From the IMG/VR virus record IMGVR_UViG_3300028840_002524, positions 32,001 through 96,000 of that record: a stretch of DNA of 64,000 nucleotides. One strand, written 5' to 3'. Positions 11,072 through 21,407 of this stretch are shown here, piece by piece (position 1 is the stretch's first letter; the number at the start of each line of letters is the position of its first letter). Under the pieces are notes generated by a model. It saw only the letters and a list, made by a program, of their open reading frames with translations, did no database searches and was not told the DNA's origin. Position numbers and translations under genes: made by a program. This stretch comes from a virus.

Positions 11072-11796
11072 TCCGACCGATAGACGAGGCCCTAAAGGGA
11101 TTCTTCGGCCGCCTCCTGTGGGGCGGGCGCTCGATCCCCGTGGTCTACGCCTCCCCGGATCGTGCGTATGGAGAGATCACCCGGTGGCTCGCCCAGAACA
11201 ATCGAATCAAGGTCGAGACGGCCGAAGAGCAGATCAGGGCCAAGAAGCTAAAAATCCCGATGCCCTTCTGCTCCGTCTGGACAGAGCCAATGGACTTCGA
11301 CGCGGAGCGGTTCAGCCCGGGGCGTATCCGTGGGTTCGACCTCGATGAGGAGGCGGGCACGGCGAAGGTCATGAAGGTGCCCAAGCCCGTGGTGGCAACC
11401 CTCCAGGCCGATTTCTGGATGAAGAATGTACACGAGGCCAAGATCCTCGAAACGCAACTTGAGCTGCAATTTTGGGACAACGAGCGGACAATTCCTGTTG
11501 ACTTTTCGGACGACAGGCACTATCAGCCGCCGTATGATGTGCTCGTGCACATGAAAGTTCTGGGGCGCACGAGATTCTGGATCAAAAAGACGGGACCGCT
11601 GACCGACAACAGCGACCTTGAAACCGAGGGGAAACTTCGAAGTATACGACGGACGTTTTCGGGAGAGGTAAGGGCTCAGATTCCTCACGTGCCGCAACTG
11701 CACAAGGTACTCAGGGACCTCACCTACTCCTTTATCGACGATAACACCCAGACCGAGCTCGAATCGCTCGACGTGCAAGTATCTGGAGGACCGTAG
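11068..11796 (+). CDS. tail terminator / sheath stabiliser (T4 gp15-like)
   Basis: 'IPVVYASPDR', 'IPMPFCSV', 'PKPV...FW'; directly before sheath. Confidence 0.65.
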   Translation: MIRPIDEALKGFFGRLLWGGRSIPVVYASPDRAYGEITRWLAQNNRIKVETAEEQIRAKKLKIPMPFCSVWTEPMDFDAERFSPGRIRGFDLDEEAGTAKVMKVPKPVVATLQADFWMKNVHEAKILETQLELQFWDNERTIPVDFSDDRHYQPPYDVLVHMKVLGRTRFWIKKTGPLTDNSDLETEGKLRSIRRTFSGEVRAQIPHVPQLHKVLRDLTYSFIDDNTQTELESLDVQVSGGP

Positions 11797-11798
11797 CA

Positions 11799-14700
11799 AT
11801 GGCGCAGAACGTGGCAGGCATCGACATTCGGGAAATCGACCTATCTCTATACGTCCCGACGGGCAGCAACGCCATCTTCGGCGTCGTGGGCCCCGCCACC
11901 AAGGGCGACACGGACGTGCTCGGGACCTACACGGACGAGGGAAACTTCGTGGCCGCACGCGGCCGTCCCGTGGACCGGCAGCACAGCGTCCGGGCAGGCA
12001 TCCGCTACCTGCGGAACGGCAATCAGCTCAAGCACGTGCGCGTGGCGGGGACGCTGCTCGACACGGCCGAGCTGACACTCCGGAACGCAACCCTGGACAA
12101 GGACATCGTGACCTTCACGGCCAAGTCGCCGGGCACCTGGGCGAACGGAAACGTCCAGATCGGGATCGTGCACAACGGTTCCCCCGCGACCTCCTACGAC
12201 GTTTACGTGTACTTCTACGGCGTGCGCGTGGACGGCGGGGCCTACACCAACATGACCAACGCCACGATCACCACGCTCATGGCGAATGACCCCTACGTGG
12301 ACGTGGCCCTCGACACAGGCGCCGGGACGGATTTCCCCGACGAAACCACCGACGCGGTGACGAGCCAGCTCACCCCCGAGTCCCTCGCAGGCGGCGAGGA
12401 CGGAGCATTCGCCTCGACGCGCTCCGACGACTCCTCGACCGGTGGCCTCGGCGAGCAGACCGCCTACTCGGGCGTCACCATCGCCACAGGCGACGGCGCC
12501 TCCACGACCCTGAGCGGGACCGTGAGCCCCGGAGCACCCATCACGCCGGGCACGTTCATCATCACGAGCCCCGGTCCTGTGGTGTGGACCGACGACGGTG
12601 AGGGCAATCTCGCCAGCGCCGGGCCCGATGCCGGGTTCATCAACTACCAGACGGGCGAGTTCGTCCTGGAATTCACCGCAGCCCCGGCCCTCGCGTCCCT
12701 GATCACGGCGGCATGGACAACCGGGTGGGGCGAGACGGCCGACACGGCCGTGGCCGCAACGCTCGCCTACAGCGGCACGCTCTCGCGGCCGGGCGTCTAT
12801 CCCGGGGCGGCAGCGGGCGCGAACAAGGTTCTCTTCACCCACCTCCTCACGCAGGCAGCGGCAGCCGTGGGCGGCGGTGCGGGAACCGTGAACTTCCTCG
12901 CCCTCTTCGGCGGGGCGGTCTACGTCTCGGATGACATCGAGATCAGCGCCACCATCGGCGCCGTCGTTCGGACGTTCACCTGGGACGGAACCCTGACGGC
13001 GGCCGGGCTCGTGAACGTCGCCTCGGACACAGGAGGCTACACGGCCACAATCGACCCCTCCAACGGGGACACCACATTCTCCACAGGCCCGGACAACGCC
13101 ACGAACATCGACATCGAGGCACGGCATCACGCCTCGGACGACGGCACCGGCGTGCTCACGGGTGTGAACGTGGCTTCCGGAACCATCAACTACCAGACGG
13201 GTGCGTGGACGCTGACCTTCACGGCACAGCCCACGGTGGGAGGCACCATCGACGCCTACTACCGCCACGCCACGATCCTCGGTACCGGTGACGGGTCCAC
13301 CAAGGACTACAGCGGCACCCTGGAGGAATACCCGGTTCGGCCGGGCACCGTGGTGGTCACGGACCTCACGGAAACCTTCACCGACAACGGCGACGGCACC
13401 CTCACGGGTGGCGCGGGCGGAACGGGAACCATCGACTACTGGACCGGTGTGATCTCGGTCTCCTTCTTCGCCAACGTCGCCCTCGGGGATGAGGTGATCG
13501 TGACGGCCGACCGCATCCTGGCCCACATGACCTCCATCCTCGGCGGCCCCATCGGCAACGAGCGCACGATCACCGGCGGCGTGATCACCGACGGCCTCTA
13601 CGCCATCCTCGATTCGGGATCCGTCTCGGGGCTGCGGTTCCGGGTGATGTTCGACAGCGCGGCCGTCGAGACCTACGACAACGTGGCCGACCTCGCCGCC
13701 CTGCTCACCACGGTGAACGGGGTTTCCGAGTACGTCACCCTGGAAAGCCTGATCACGACGGCCGAGCCCGACGTGACGGCGGCCCAGAACGTGGGCATGG
13801 CGGGGGCGTTCACCAACAGCGACGTGGTGGGGGCCAAGGTGGGCAGCACCTACACCGGCCTCCAGCTCTTCTCGAACCCGGACACGGTGCCCTGCCACTT
13901 CATCACCACCCCGGGCATCTTCCACCGGCAGGTCCAGGACGCCGGGATCACCCTGTGCTCCACCGGCGGCCGACGGTGCATCTGGATCCACTCCATGCCC
14001 GACTTCACGCCCCCGGAGCAGATGACCGACGATCTCCCGGGCGTAAACTCGGCCGATCCCGTGCAGGACATGATCGACTACTCGAACGGCTCCTACACGG
14101 CGGTCGCCAAGGTTCCGTACCCGCCCCTCTCGGCCTGGAACTCCTCCTTCGGGGCGGCCTTTGGAACGTGGCTGAACTACTACGACCAGTACACCGACGC
14201 GGACGTGTGGGAACCGCCCGAGGGCGACATCGGCTCCCTCGCCGCCTACACGGACAACAACGCCTATGCGTGGTACCCCATCGCGGGCGAGCAGCGCGGC
14301 GGCGTCCGGGACGTGAACACCATCCGGTACAGCCCGGACAAGAACGAGCGCAAGCTCATGGGCCCCACCACCTCGGTGAGCACGCCCAACGTGATCAACC
14401 CCCTGGTCCGGTTCGAGGGCCGGGGCATCTACCTGTACGGGCAGCGGACCACCCAGAGGAACGCGACCGCCTTGGACCGCATCAACGTGCGGTGGACCCT
14501 GAACGTCGTGGAGAACCAGATCGACGTGGTGTCCCGGGTGTTCCCCTTCGAGATCAACGACGACGTGCTGTGGCGCCAGATCGAAGCCGCCGTCCGGTCC
14601 ATCGTGGACCCCGTGGCCGAGCTCCGAGGGTTCACGGACGTTCGCGTGGTGTGCGACGAAACCACCACGCTCCCCACGGACATCGAGAACTACCGCGCCA

Positions 14701-14807
14701 TCTGCAAGGTGTTCATCAAGCCCGCGCTGGCGATGGAGGAGCTGGAATACCAGATGATCCTCACGCCGCAGGGCGTGGACTTCGACACGGTGGCCCCCGT
14801 CGGCTAA
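11799..14807 (+). CDS. contractile tail sheath protein
   Basis: N-term 'GIDIREIDLS...GPATKG'; C-term 'WYPIAGEQRG', 'INPL', 'YGQRT', 'DRINVR', 'FEIND', 'VVCDET', 'IKP'. Confidence 0.95.
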   Translation: MAQNVAGIDIREIDLSLYVPTGSNAIFGVVGPATKGDTDVLGTYTDEGNFVAARGRPVDRQHSVRAGIRYLRNGNQLKHVRVAGTLLDTAELTLRNATLDKDIVTFTAKSPGTWANGNVQIGIVHNGSPATSYDVYVYFYGVRVDGGAYTNMTNATITTLMANDPYVDVALDTGAGTDFPDETTDAVTSQLTPESLAGGEDGAFASTRSDDSSTGGLGEQTAYSGVTIATGDGASTTLSGTVSPGAPITPGTFIITSPGPVVWTDDGEGNLASAGPDAGFINYQTGEFVLEFTAAPALASLITAAWTTGWGETADTAVAATLAYSGTLSRPGVYPGAAAGANKVLFTHLLTQAAAAVGGGAGTVNFLALFGGAVYVSDDIEISATIGAVVRTFTWDGTLTAAGLVNVASDTGGYTATIDPSNGDTTFSTGPDNATNIDIEARHHASDDGTGVLTGVNVASGTINYQTGAWTLTFTAQPTVGGTIDAYYRHATILGTGDGSTKDYSGTLEEYPVRPGTVVVTDLTETFTDNGDGTLTGGAGGTGTIDYWTGVISVSFFANVALGDEVIVTADRILAHMTSILGGPIGNERTITGGVITDGLYAILDSGSVSGLRFRVMFDSAAVETYDNVADLAALLTTVNGVSEYVTLESLITTAEPDVTAAQNVGMAGAFTNSDVVGAKVGSTYTGLQLFSNPDTVPCHFITTPGIFHRQVQDAGITLCSTGGRRCIWIHSMPDFTPPEQMTDDLPGVNSADPVQDMIDYSNGSYTAVAKVPYPPLSAWNSSFGAAFGTWLNYYDQYTDADVWEPPEGDIGSLAAYTDNNAYAWYPIAGEQRGGVRDVNTIRYSPDKNERKLMGPTTSVSTPNVINPLVRFEGRGIYLYGQRTTQRNATALDRINVRWTLNVVENQIDVVSRVFPFEINDDVLWRQIEAAVRSIVDPVAELRGFTDVRVVCDETTTLPTDIENYRAICKVFIKPALAMEELEYQMILTPQGVDFDTVAPVG

Positions 14808-14848
14808 AGCCGGGGAACGCATGACGACCGACTATTAGGAGTAGAAAC

Positions 14849-15388
14849 ATGGCCCTCGCATATCGCTACACGGGCGGCCACCTGCGGCAGGCTCAAGGCA
14901 GGTGGAACGAGCAGAAGAGCAACATGGGGATGATCGAGCTCCACGTGGACACCCTCGGCATCCCCGGGGGGCAGGAAATCCTGTCCCTGTCCTTCTCGGA
15001 AGCGACCATCCCCGGCCGCAAGATCACCCGGGGGCAGATCGAGTACCTGAACGGCACGGTCTTCTACCCGCAGCGGCCCGAGCCCCTGGGCGAAATGCCC
15101 ATCATCTTCCGCGACTACATCGACTCGAACACACGGCTCACCATCGAGCGGTGGTTCGACAAGGTGTACGACGAGCGGACGGGGCTCATGACCGTCACGA
15201 ACCGGCTCAAGGTGTCGGGCCACCTCGTGCTCTTCGGCTCGGACGGCGTGACCGGGATTCGCACCTACACCCTCTTCGGCGTTTTCCCCATGGGCGAACC
15301 CGACATCCGGGTGGACCACAAGACCGGTGAGCAGATCCTCATGGAGATGAACCTCTCCGTGGACCTCATCCAGGGCAAGCGCGTGTAA
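14849..15388 (+). CDS. tail tube protein (T4 gp19-like)
   Basis: 179 aa directly after sheath; 'ATIPG', 'IERW', 'YTLFGVFP'. Confidence 0.85.
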   Translation: MALAYRYTGGHLRQAQGRWNEQKSNMGMIELHVDTLGIPGGQEILSLSFSEATIPGRKITRGQIEYLNGTVFYPQRPEPLGEMPIIFRDYIDSNTRLTIERWFDKVYDERTGLMTVTNRLKVSGHLVLFGSDGVTGIRTYTLFGVFPMGEPDIRVDHKTGEQILMEMNLSVDLIQGKRV

Positions 15389-15420
15389 AAGGAGTGGGGA
15401 CCTCCGGGGGTCCCCTTCCT
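15389..15420 (+). terminator. hairpin / possible terminator after tail tube
   Basis: AGGAG-T-GGGGACCT-CCG-GGGGTCCCC-TTCCT inverted repeat. Confidence 0.5.
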
Positions 15421-15447
15421 ATCCATCTATTCTGAAAGGGGCGAAGC

Positions 15448-16320
15448 ATGACCGACGACGCTGCACAGACGGAAGCGGCCGGGAACGGGCACCCGGCAGC
15501 GACCGCCGAGACCGCTGCACCGCCAGCGGCAGAAAAGGGCATCACCCTGCCATACGATCTCCCCTCCAGAGGGGTGTTCTACGGGGAGAAGCTCCCCAAC
15601 GGCACGGTGACCATGTTCCCCATTCGAGGGGAGCAAGAGGAACTCCTCGCCGGGGCCGGGGATGGTGTCGAAGCCACGCCGGTTTTCCGGTCCGTGGTAG
15701 CGCAACTCTCCGACCTCAAGGGCCTCGCTTACGAGGACCTCCTCCTGAGCGACTGGGTGGCCCTTCTCCTGAACCTTCTCGCGTTCTCGTACACGCCTAT
15801 CGTGCGCCTGCGGCCGCGATGCACCTACTGTCACAAGTTCTTCCCCAAGCACGTCAACATCGAGGAGATGCCGTGCACCGTGGTGAAGGATGAGGAACGA
15901 GACAAGTGGGCCTCGGCGTTCAAAACGGACCCTCTTCCGTTCAGCAAGGCCGTCGTGGAGTGGAAATTGCTCACACTCAGCGACATGATCCGGGCGGAGG
16001 AGTGGGCCGAGCAGCAGCAAAGCACCCAGATGACCCCGGGAAGCCCGCTGCACACGTACACCATCGCCCGCCACATCAAGACCATCAACGGCAAGGAGAC
16101 CAAGATTCTCCACGCCATCGACTGGGTGCGGCAGGCGTACGGGCGCGACCTTCGTGCGCTCTCCGAGGAGTTCCGGAAGTGGGAGACGGGCTACGACCTG
16201 ACTCCCAAGTTCAGATGCCCGCACTGTGGGGGCACGTTCCGACAGAAGCTTCCGCTGGACGGCAGCTTTTTTCGTGCGGTTCGTTCCGGACCTGGAGAAT
16301 CTCCGTCGCCAGAGGTTTGA
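15448..16320 (+). CDS. tail/baseplate hub assembly chaperone (T4 gp26-like) with Zn-ribbon CxxC pairs
   Basis: 'LPSRGVFY', 'EELL', CTYC and CPHC, 'LPLDGSFFR'; lies between tube and tape measure. Confidence 0.8.
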   Translation: MTDDAAQTEAAGNGHPAATAETAAPPAAEKGITLPYDLPSRGVFYGEKLPNGTVTMFPIRGEQEELLAGAGDGVEATPVFRSVVAQLSDLKGLAYEDLLLSDWVALLLNLLAFSYTPIVRLRPRCTYCHKFFPKHVNIEEMPCTVVKDEERDKWASAFKTDPLPFSKAVVEWKLLTLSDMIRAEEWAEQQQSTQMTPGSPLHTYTIARHIKTINGKETKILHAIDWVRQAYGRDLRALSEEFRKWETGYDLTPKFRCPHCGGTFRQKLPLDGSFFRAVRSGPGESPSPEV

Positions 16321-16477
16321 CATCATGGTCCATGGGAAGCAGCCCTACGAGTCGTGGGCTGCGATGACCTCTTGGCAGCGTGAGGATTTCGTGGCTCGGC
16401 TCGCGGACAAGTTCCGCGAGGAGAAAGCGAGACACGATGACGCGATGAGGAAAGCGCGTAGTGGCCGACGCGGTTGA
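16274..16477 (+). CDS. small tail chaperone (T4 gp51-like); may be reached by frameshift
   Basis: 'DLENLRRQRFDIMVHGKQPYESWAAMTSWQREDFVARL' resembles gp51-type helical chaperones; overlaps upstream gene in +1 frame. Confidence 0.65.
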   Translation: MRFVPDLENLRRQRFDIMVHGKQPYESWAAMTSWQREDFVARLADKFREEKARHDDAMRKARSGRRG

Positions 16478-18443
16478 GAATTTGGGGTTTGTTTTCTCCG
16501 CCAAGGACCTCGCCTCGGGTGTGGTCTCCAAGGCCGAGGAGAACATGGAGGCCGCCGTCACGACGGCCGAAGCCCACGTTACGGACCTCGCCGACGCTGC
16601 CGAGGACGCCACCCAGACCATCGGAACGAGTACCGATTCGGTTGTTTCGGCCATCCAAGGGGGCTTCAATCAGACCAATCTGATCCTACGCTCCCTCACG
16701 ATGGCCCTCACCACTTCCACGGATGAAATACTTGCGGCGACTGGCGCTGCCGCAGAGGGCCTCGGCGAGCTGGACACGGCCGCCGAGGACGCAAAGAAGG
16801 GAACCGACTCCCTCGCCAAGTCCTCGGAGGGACTCTTCGGCAAACTGAACTTCGTTCAAGGCGCCATCGGGTCCATCGTTAAGCTGGGCGGCATAGGGAT
16901 GATCTTCGGCGCCGGGTTCGGCCTGGGGATGAAGGGCATCACGGCCCTGATCAACCTGATCAGCGAGACTCTACAGCCCGCCCTGGAGATCCTCACCAAC
17001 GCTTTCAAGACGGCCTTTGCTCCCGTGTCGGAGGAGCTCTACAAGCTGGCCGTCCAGGTGGCTCCCCTCCTCACCAAGGCCATCATGCCGGTGGTGGATA
17101 TACTCACGGAGATCATTCCACACATCGGGAACTTTGTCGCCGACCTGACGGCAGGCGGCGGCATGATGGGGACAGTGTTCGGGGGGCTTAAAACCCTATT
17201 CGACAACCTACGCGCCCCGGTGATGACCATCGTGGAGACCCTCGGCAACCTCGCCAAGACGGTTCTCCCGGTCCTCCTCCGGGTGTTCAACATGATTGTG
17301 GAGTCGGCCGTCGTTCCCATCCTCACCAAGGTGGCGAACATCCTCGCGGCCGTGATCCAGCGCCTCGCTCCCATCATCGAGAAGCTCATCCTGAAGCTGG
17401 AGCCCATCTTCGGCCTTGTGATCGAGGCCGTAGCCGAGGTGGCTGACATCCTCCTCGACGCGCTGCTCCCGGCGATGGAGCCGATCCTGGACATGCTCGA
17501 CGAAATGCTCCCCGATCTCGTGCCTCTCCTCAAGGAAATGGTGGTGGCGTGGCTCGAAATGGCGAAAGCCCTGGTCCCCATCCTGCCGCCGCTCATCAAA
17601 CTGGTGGCGCTCCTCGTGGGGAAGGTCCTCGGACCCGTCGCGCTCAAGGCTCTGGGCATGTATATCAAGCTGTGGACGGAGGTTTACAAGCTCATCGCCA
17701 AGCTTCTCACCCCGGCAATCAAATGGGTGGCCCGGTTCCTCGCCGACATCGCCCGGGAGTGGGACAACATGGGCCTGTCTGCCAAGGAAACCCTCGATCT
17801 CATCTGGTGGGGGGTGAAGCAGGCGTGGGAATGGATCGTGGACAAGTCGAAGTGGCTGTCCGAGAAGGTGATTGGGTTCTTCACAGGCATTCCCGATATG
17901 CTGAAAGGGGCCTTTACCTCCTACATGGACTGGCTCAAGGGGGCTTACGAGTCCATTTTCAAGTTCCTGGGACTCGAATCGACCGGGAAAATAGCGGGGG
18001 CGTTCATTGATACCCTCAAAAACCTTGTCCTCGCCCCCATCGACACCATCAAAGCGATCATAAATGACACGATCATCGACACGATCAACACCATTCTCGC
18101 GTGGAAAGTGCCGGTGATCGGCGGGACGCTGGCGAAAAACCTCGGTTTGAACACACTCCCGTACCTCCAACAGGGCGGAATCGTCACAGAACCCACCGTG
18201 GCGACCCTTGTGGAGAAGGGAATCCCCGAGGCCGTGGTTCCGCTGGAGCCCACATACATCCAAAGATTCATGGCGAGCGTTATGCCGAGCCTCGGGGCGC
18301 AGGAAATGGGGCCTGTGGAGGTTCGGACGGACTCGGAACTCAAGGATCTTCTGCGCGAGGCCGTGGGTTTCCTCGCCAAGATCGCCACAAAACTCGATGA
18401 GGGCGAGCAGCGACGCGCCCCGTCCCTCGGTGGAGGCTTCTAA
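16461..18443 (+). CDS. tape measure protein
   Basis: 660 aa, helical Ala/Leu/Ile-rich with ~11-residue Pro-spaced repeats; C-term 'LQQGGIVTEPT...PEAVVPL'. Confidence 0.9.
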   Translation: MADAVENLGFVFSAKDLASGVVSKAEENMEAAVTTAEAHVTDLADAAEDATQTIGTSTDSVVSAIQGGFNQTNLILRSLTMALTTSTDEILAATGAAAEGLGELDTAAEDAKKGTDSLAKSSEGLFGKLNFVQGAIGSIVKLGGIGMIFGAGFGLGMKGITALINLISETLQPALEILTNAFKTAFAPVSEELYKLAVQVAPLLTKAIMPVVDILTEIIPHIGNFVADLTAGGGMMGTVFGGLKTLFDNLRAPVMTIVETLGNLAKTVLPVLLRVFNMIVESAVVPILTKVANILAAVIQRLAPIIEKLILKLEPIFGLVIEAVAEVADILLDALLPAMEPILDMLDEMLPDLVPLLKEMVVAWLEMAKALVPILPPLIKLVALLVGKVLGPVALKALGMYIKLWTEVYKLIAKLLTPAIKWVARFLADIAREWDNMGLSAKETLDLIWWGVKQAWEWIVDKSKWLSEKVIGFFTGIPDMLKGAFTSYMDWLKGAYESIFKFLGLESTGKIAGAFIDTLKNLVLAPIDTIKAIINDTIIDTINTILAWKVPVIGGTLAKNLGLNTLPYLQQGGIVTEPTVATLVEKGIPEAVVPLEPTYIQRFMASVMPSLGAQEMGPVEVRTDSELKDLLREAVGFLAKIATKLDEGEQRRAPSLGGGF

Positions 18444-19078
18444 TGCCCGAAGGTCCTCCAGTCATGTGCTCCCTGGTGCTCGAAGCCGACCCGCTGAACC
18501 GGCTCAACTTCGAGTCGTTCCCGTCCGAGGAGGGGATTCGGGAGCAATACCAGAGCAACTGGAAACCCGGCATCGAGGCGGGCGCCTCGGAACCCCTGTA
18601 CTGGACGTGGCAGGGGGGTGGTTGGGCAAACTGGACCCTCACCCTCAAGTTCCAGGCCGGGGCCACCGAGTCCGCGACCCCTGGAAAGACGGATGATCAG
18701 ATTCTCCAGGAGATGGAGCGCAAACTGCGATGGATCCAGGCGCTCGGGGCGCCCAGGGGGCGCAAGAGGCAGCCCTCGGAGCTCCGGACCAACGCCCGGC
18801 CGGGCGACCCGCCCTACATCCTGGTGGTGTTTGGCGGCTTCATGACGCTGAGGAACCTCTGCCTTGGTGCCTCCGTCCAATGGACCGGGCCGTATGACCC
18901 GGTGACGGCCCGGCCGCACGGGGCAAAGGCCGAGATCGCTCTACAGCGCGTATCTGGCTTCTACCCGGACTGGTACACCATCGCGGAAGGGAAAACAACG
19001 CTGACCGGGCCGAGCAACCCGGTGTTCCAGGCCACACCCGAAGGCCCTGCGGCCGGTGGGGTGGTCGCAGTGGGATAA
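18443..19078 (+). CDS. tail tube initiator / baseplate protein
   Basis: Position after TMP; 'EPLYWTWQGG', 'PPYILVVFG' typical of tube-initiator proteins of contractile tails. Confidence 0.7.
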   Translation: MPEGPPVMCSLVLEADPLNRLNFESFPSEEGIREQYQSNWKPGIEAGASEPLYWTWQGGGWANWTLTLKFQAGATESATPGKTDDQILQEMERKLRWIQALGAPRGRKRQPSELRTNARPGDPPYILVVFGGFMTLRNLCLGASVQWTGPYDPVTARPHGAKAEIALQRVSGFYPDWYTIAEGKTTLTGPSNPVFQATPEGPAAGGVVAVG

Positions 19079-19082
19079 AAGC

Positions 19083-19433
19083 ATGGCTTCTGACGGACAA
19101 TTCGAGCTGGACCTGCCTTTCACCTCTCCTTTCAAGGAGACACCCCTCTTCTTGAAGGACGGGAAGGCGTTTTTCGGCATCTGGAAGCCGCCTGCCATCC
19201 AGATCGACGGCGATGAGAAGCGGATCAAGGTGGATCTCGCCCACGAGGGCGACCTCACCAAGTACGCCGAGGAGGAATACGGCGATCCGAGCCTTTTCTG
19301 GGTGATCGGGCACGTGAACAAGATCAATTATCCGCCCCGGGACGTGGTGAACGGGCTCGTGATCATCATTCCCAAGGAGGAACACGTCATGGCGGCCCTC
19401 CAGGCGGCGCAGGAACGTAAACAAAATGTTTAG
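19083..19433 (+). CDS. baseplate wedge LysM-like protein (T4 gp53 / P2 X-like)
   Basis: 'DLTKYAEEEYGDPSLFWVIGHVNKI...IIIP'. Confidence 0.8.
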   Translation: MASDGQFELDLPFTSPFKETPLFLKDGKAFFGIWKPPAIQIDGDEKRIKVDLAHEGDLTKYAEEEYGDPSLFWVIGHVNKINYPPRDVVNGLVIIIPKEEHVMAALQAAQERKQNV

Positions 19434-20637
19434 CAAGCAGCTAAAGATCGAAATCCTGGACCCCACGACGGGCGCGAAGGACGCCACGCCGCTCGTGGAG
19501 TCTTTTTCGATCCTCCACAGCGCCTTTCGGCACGGCCGACAGTGGGAAATTCGGTTCGCGGATGAGGACTGGAACTTCTGGGAGCCCTACGTGGCTGGAA
19601 TCGACCCTCTGCGCGTTCGGCTGACCTTTTCGAAGAGCAACACCCAGGAGACCACAGGATGGCTCACACTCTACGTGGACGCTTCTGAGGCCGACTACAA
19701 CCGCTCCAGGCTGGACGGGACTCTCCGTGGCGGTGACGCGCTCCTAAAGATGGCCCTGGAGGACAGGACCAAGGCGTGGCCGCAACTCACCGTGGACGCC
19801 ATCCTGACCCAACTCGCAGCGAGCTACGGATTCGTCCCGGACACCACGGGCATGCTCGGGTCCCGCACGTGGTACCAGCTCGACGAAACCGACATTGACT
19901 ACCTCAAGTATCTCCTGGGGTTCGCCTCGACCACGGGCGGCCGGGGAGACGTGTGGCTGTGGTTCGACAATGGGACGCTGCACCTCAAGCCTTTCGACAC
20001 CAAGGCCCCTTCGAAGGACAAGTACCTCATCGGGGGGATCGACGACAGGCTCGCGCACGCCCCGGCGGGATTCTACGGGGGACAAGTGGACAGGGGCGGC
20101 GGGCGCCTATTCGACGCCATCGCCCACGACACGAGCACAAAAACGACGCTCAGTTTCACGGCCGGGGCGGTCTCGGCCGGTGGCCCGGCGCTCTCCACCT
20201 TCGTTCCGCGCATCCCGGCCCAGGGCCGACGGAGCGCCTACGTCACGGACGCGGACATCTCGCTCCTGCGGGCGGTCGCGCAAGCCCGGTGGGCCAAGTA
20301 CGCCATGCGGTACTTTGGGATCACCCTCGAAACGAAGGGTTCCCTGCGCACAACCGTGGGCGACATGATCGAGGTGGACTTCCTCAAGGAGTACCCGGAC
20401 AAGGGGGCTTTCGTTCGAGGGCGCTACCCCGTGTTCGAGGTGGAGCACAAGTACACCAGGGGCGTGTTTCGGACCAATATCACCGGCTACCGTCGGGAAG
20501 CGGAGGCCGGGGAGACCGCTGCGGCGGGCGCCAACGTGTCCTCCTCTCGCGGGCAGGACGCATACTTGACCGAGCTCAAGACCGGGCAGACCGGCCTCGG
20601 GCAGGGCACGAAAGTGACGGCGAGGGCTCTCGGATGA
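19426..20637 (+). CDS. baseplate hub protein (P2 gpD / Mu gp44 / gp27-like)
   Basis: 'WYQLDETDIDYL', 'GRYPVFEVEHKY'; precedes spike. Confidence 0.8.
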   Translation: MFSKQLKIEILDPTTGAKDATPLVESFSILHSAFRHGRQWEIRFADEDWNFWEPYVAGIDPLRVRLTFSKSNTQETTGWLTLYVDASEADYNRSRLDGTLRGGDALLKMALEDRTKAWPQLTVDAILTQLAASYGFVPDTTGMLGSRTWYQLDETDIDYLKYLLGFASTTGGRGDVWLWFDNGTLHLKPFDTKAPSKDKYLIGGIDDRLAHAPAGFYGGQVDRGGGRLFDAIAHDTSTKTTLSFTAGAVSAGGPALSTFVPRIPAQGRRSAYVTDADISLLRAVAQARWAKYAMRYFGITLETKGSLRTTVGDMIEVDFLKEYPDKGAFVRGRYPVFEVEHKYTRGVFRTNITGYRREAEAGETAAAGANVSSSRGQDAYLTELKTGQTGLGQGTKVTARALG

Positions 20638-21407
20638 ACCTGTGCAACGGCCTGTGGGCCGCCATCGTTGTTGACACCAAGGACCCCCTGGGGTCCAGGC
20701 GCGTGAAGGTCCGCGTGCCCGAGCTCCACGGGACCGTCCAGGATCAGACGATCAAGGACGTAAACCTGCCGTGGGCGCGGCCGTGCTTCCCGTACGGCGG
20801 CCCGACATACGGCGATGATTTCGTTCCGGGCCTCCAAGCGCAGGTGTGGGTGGCATTCGAGCACGGGGACCCGCAATCCCCTATATGGGTCGGATGCGTC
20901 TACGCCAGCGGCGAGGGGCCTGCCCCGGAGTTCGCCCAGGTCGGCCCGGCGAACCAGCAGCCCAAGGGGAACTACCGCCGCACAGAGGGCGGGTGGTTCG
21001 TGGGCGTGATCGAGAGCGCCTCGACCAAGGTGTACCGGGCCAAGTCGCCCACGGGGATGCTCGTGGAGGTCGATGAGTCGGCCAAGAAGGTGACCGTCCA
21101 GACGGCCACGGGGTTCAAGCTGGAACTCGATGAGAGTTCGAGTACCGTGGTCCTCCAGGACGCGACCGGGAACAAGATTGAACTCAAGACCACCGACGGC
21201 GGTATCACCCACGCGGTCAAGGCCCTCCTCGAAGCGCCATTGATCGCCCTTGGGCAGGCAGCAGCCGAACCCGTCGTGAAGGGGACCAGTTTTCTCGCGG
21301 CGTTCATCGGGCATACGCACCCGGGCGTAACGTCGGGACCGGCCTCGACAGGCCCGGCCACCCCACTACCGCCCTCGATCCTTTCCTCTAAGGTGTTTAC
21401 GGAATGA
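20634..21407 (+). CDS. baseplate central spike (gp5/gpV, OB-fold, beta-helix, HxH tip)
   Basis: True start ATG 20634 (ATGA overlap); 'DPLGSRRVKVRVP', 'LPWARP', 'VWVAFEHGDPQSPIWVG', 'GHTHPG'. Confidence 0.92.
   Translation: MNLCNGLWAAIVVDTKDPLGSRRVKVRVPELHGTVQDQTIKDVNLPWARPCFPYGGPTYGDDFVPGLQAQVWVAFEHGDPQSPIWVGCVYASGEGPAPEFAQVGPANQQPKGNYRRTEGGWFVGVIESASTKVYRAKSPTGMLVEVDESAKKVTVQTATGFKLELDESSSTVVLQDATGNKIELKTTDGGITHAVKALLEAPLIALGQAAAEPVVKGTSFLAAFIGHTHPGVTSGPASTGPATPLPPSILSSKVFTE

Noticed and set aside
19953-20633. 484-aa version of the spike ORF
   Set aside because: Upstream part is an alternate frame of the hub gene; real start is the ATGA overlap at 20634.
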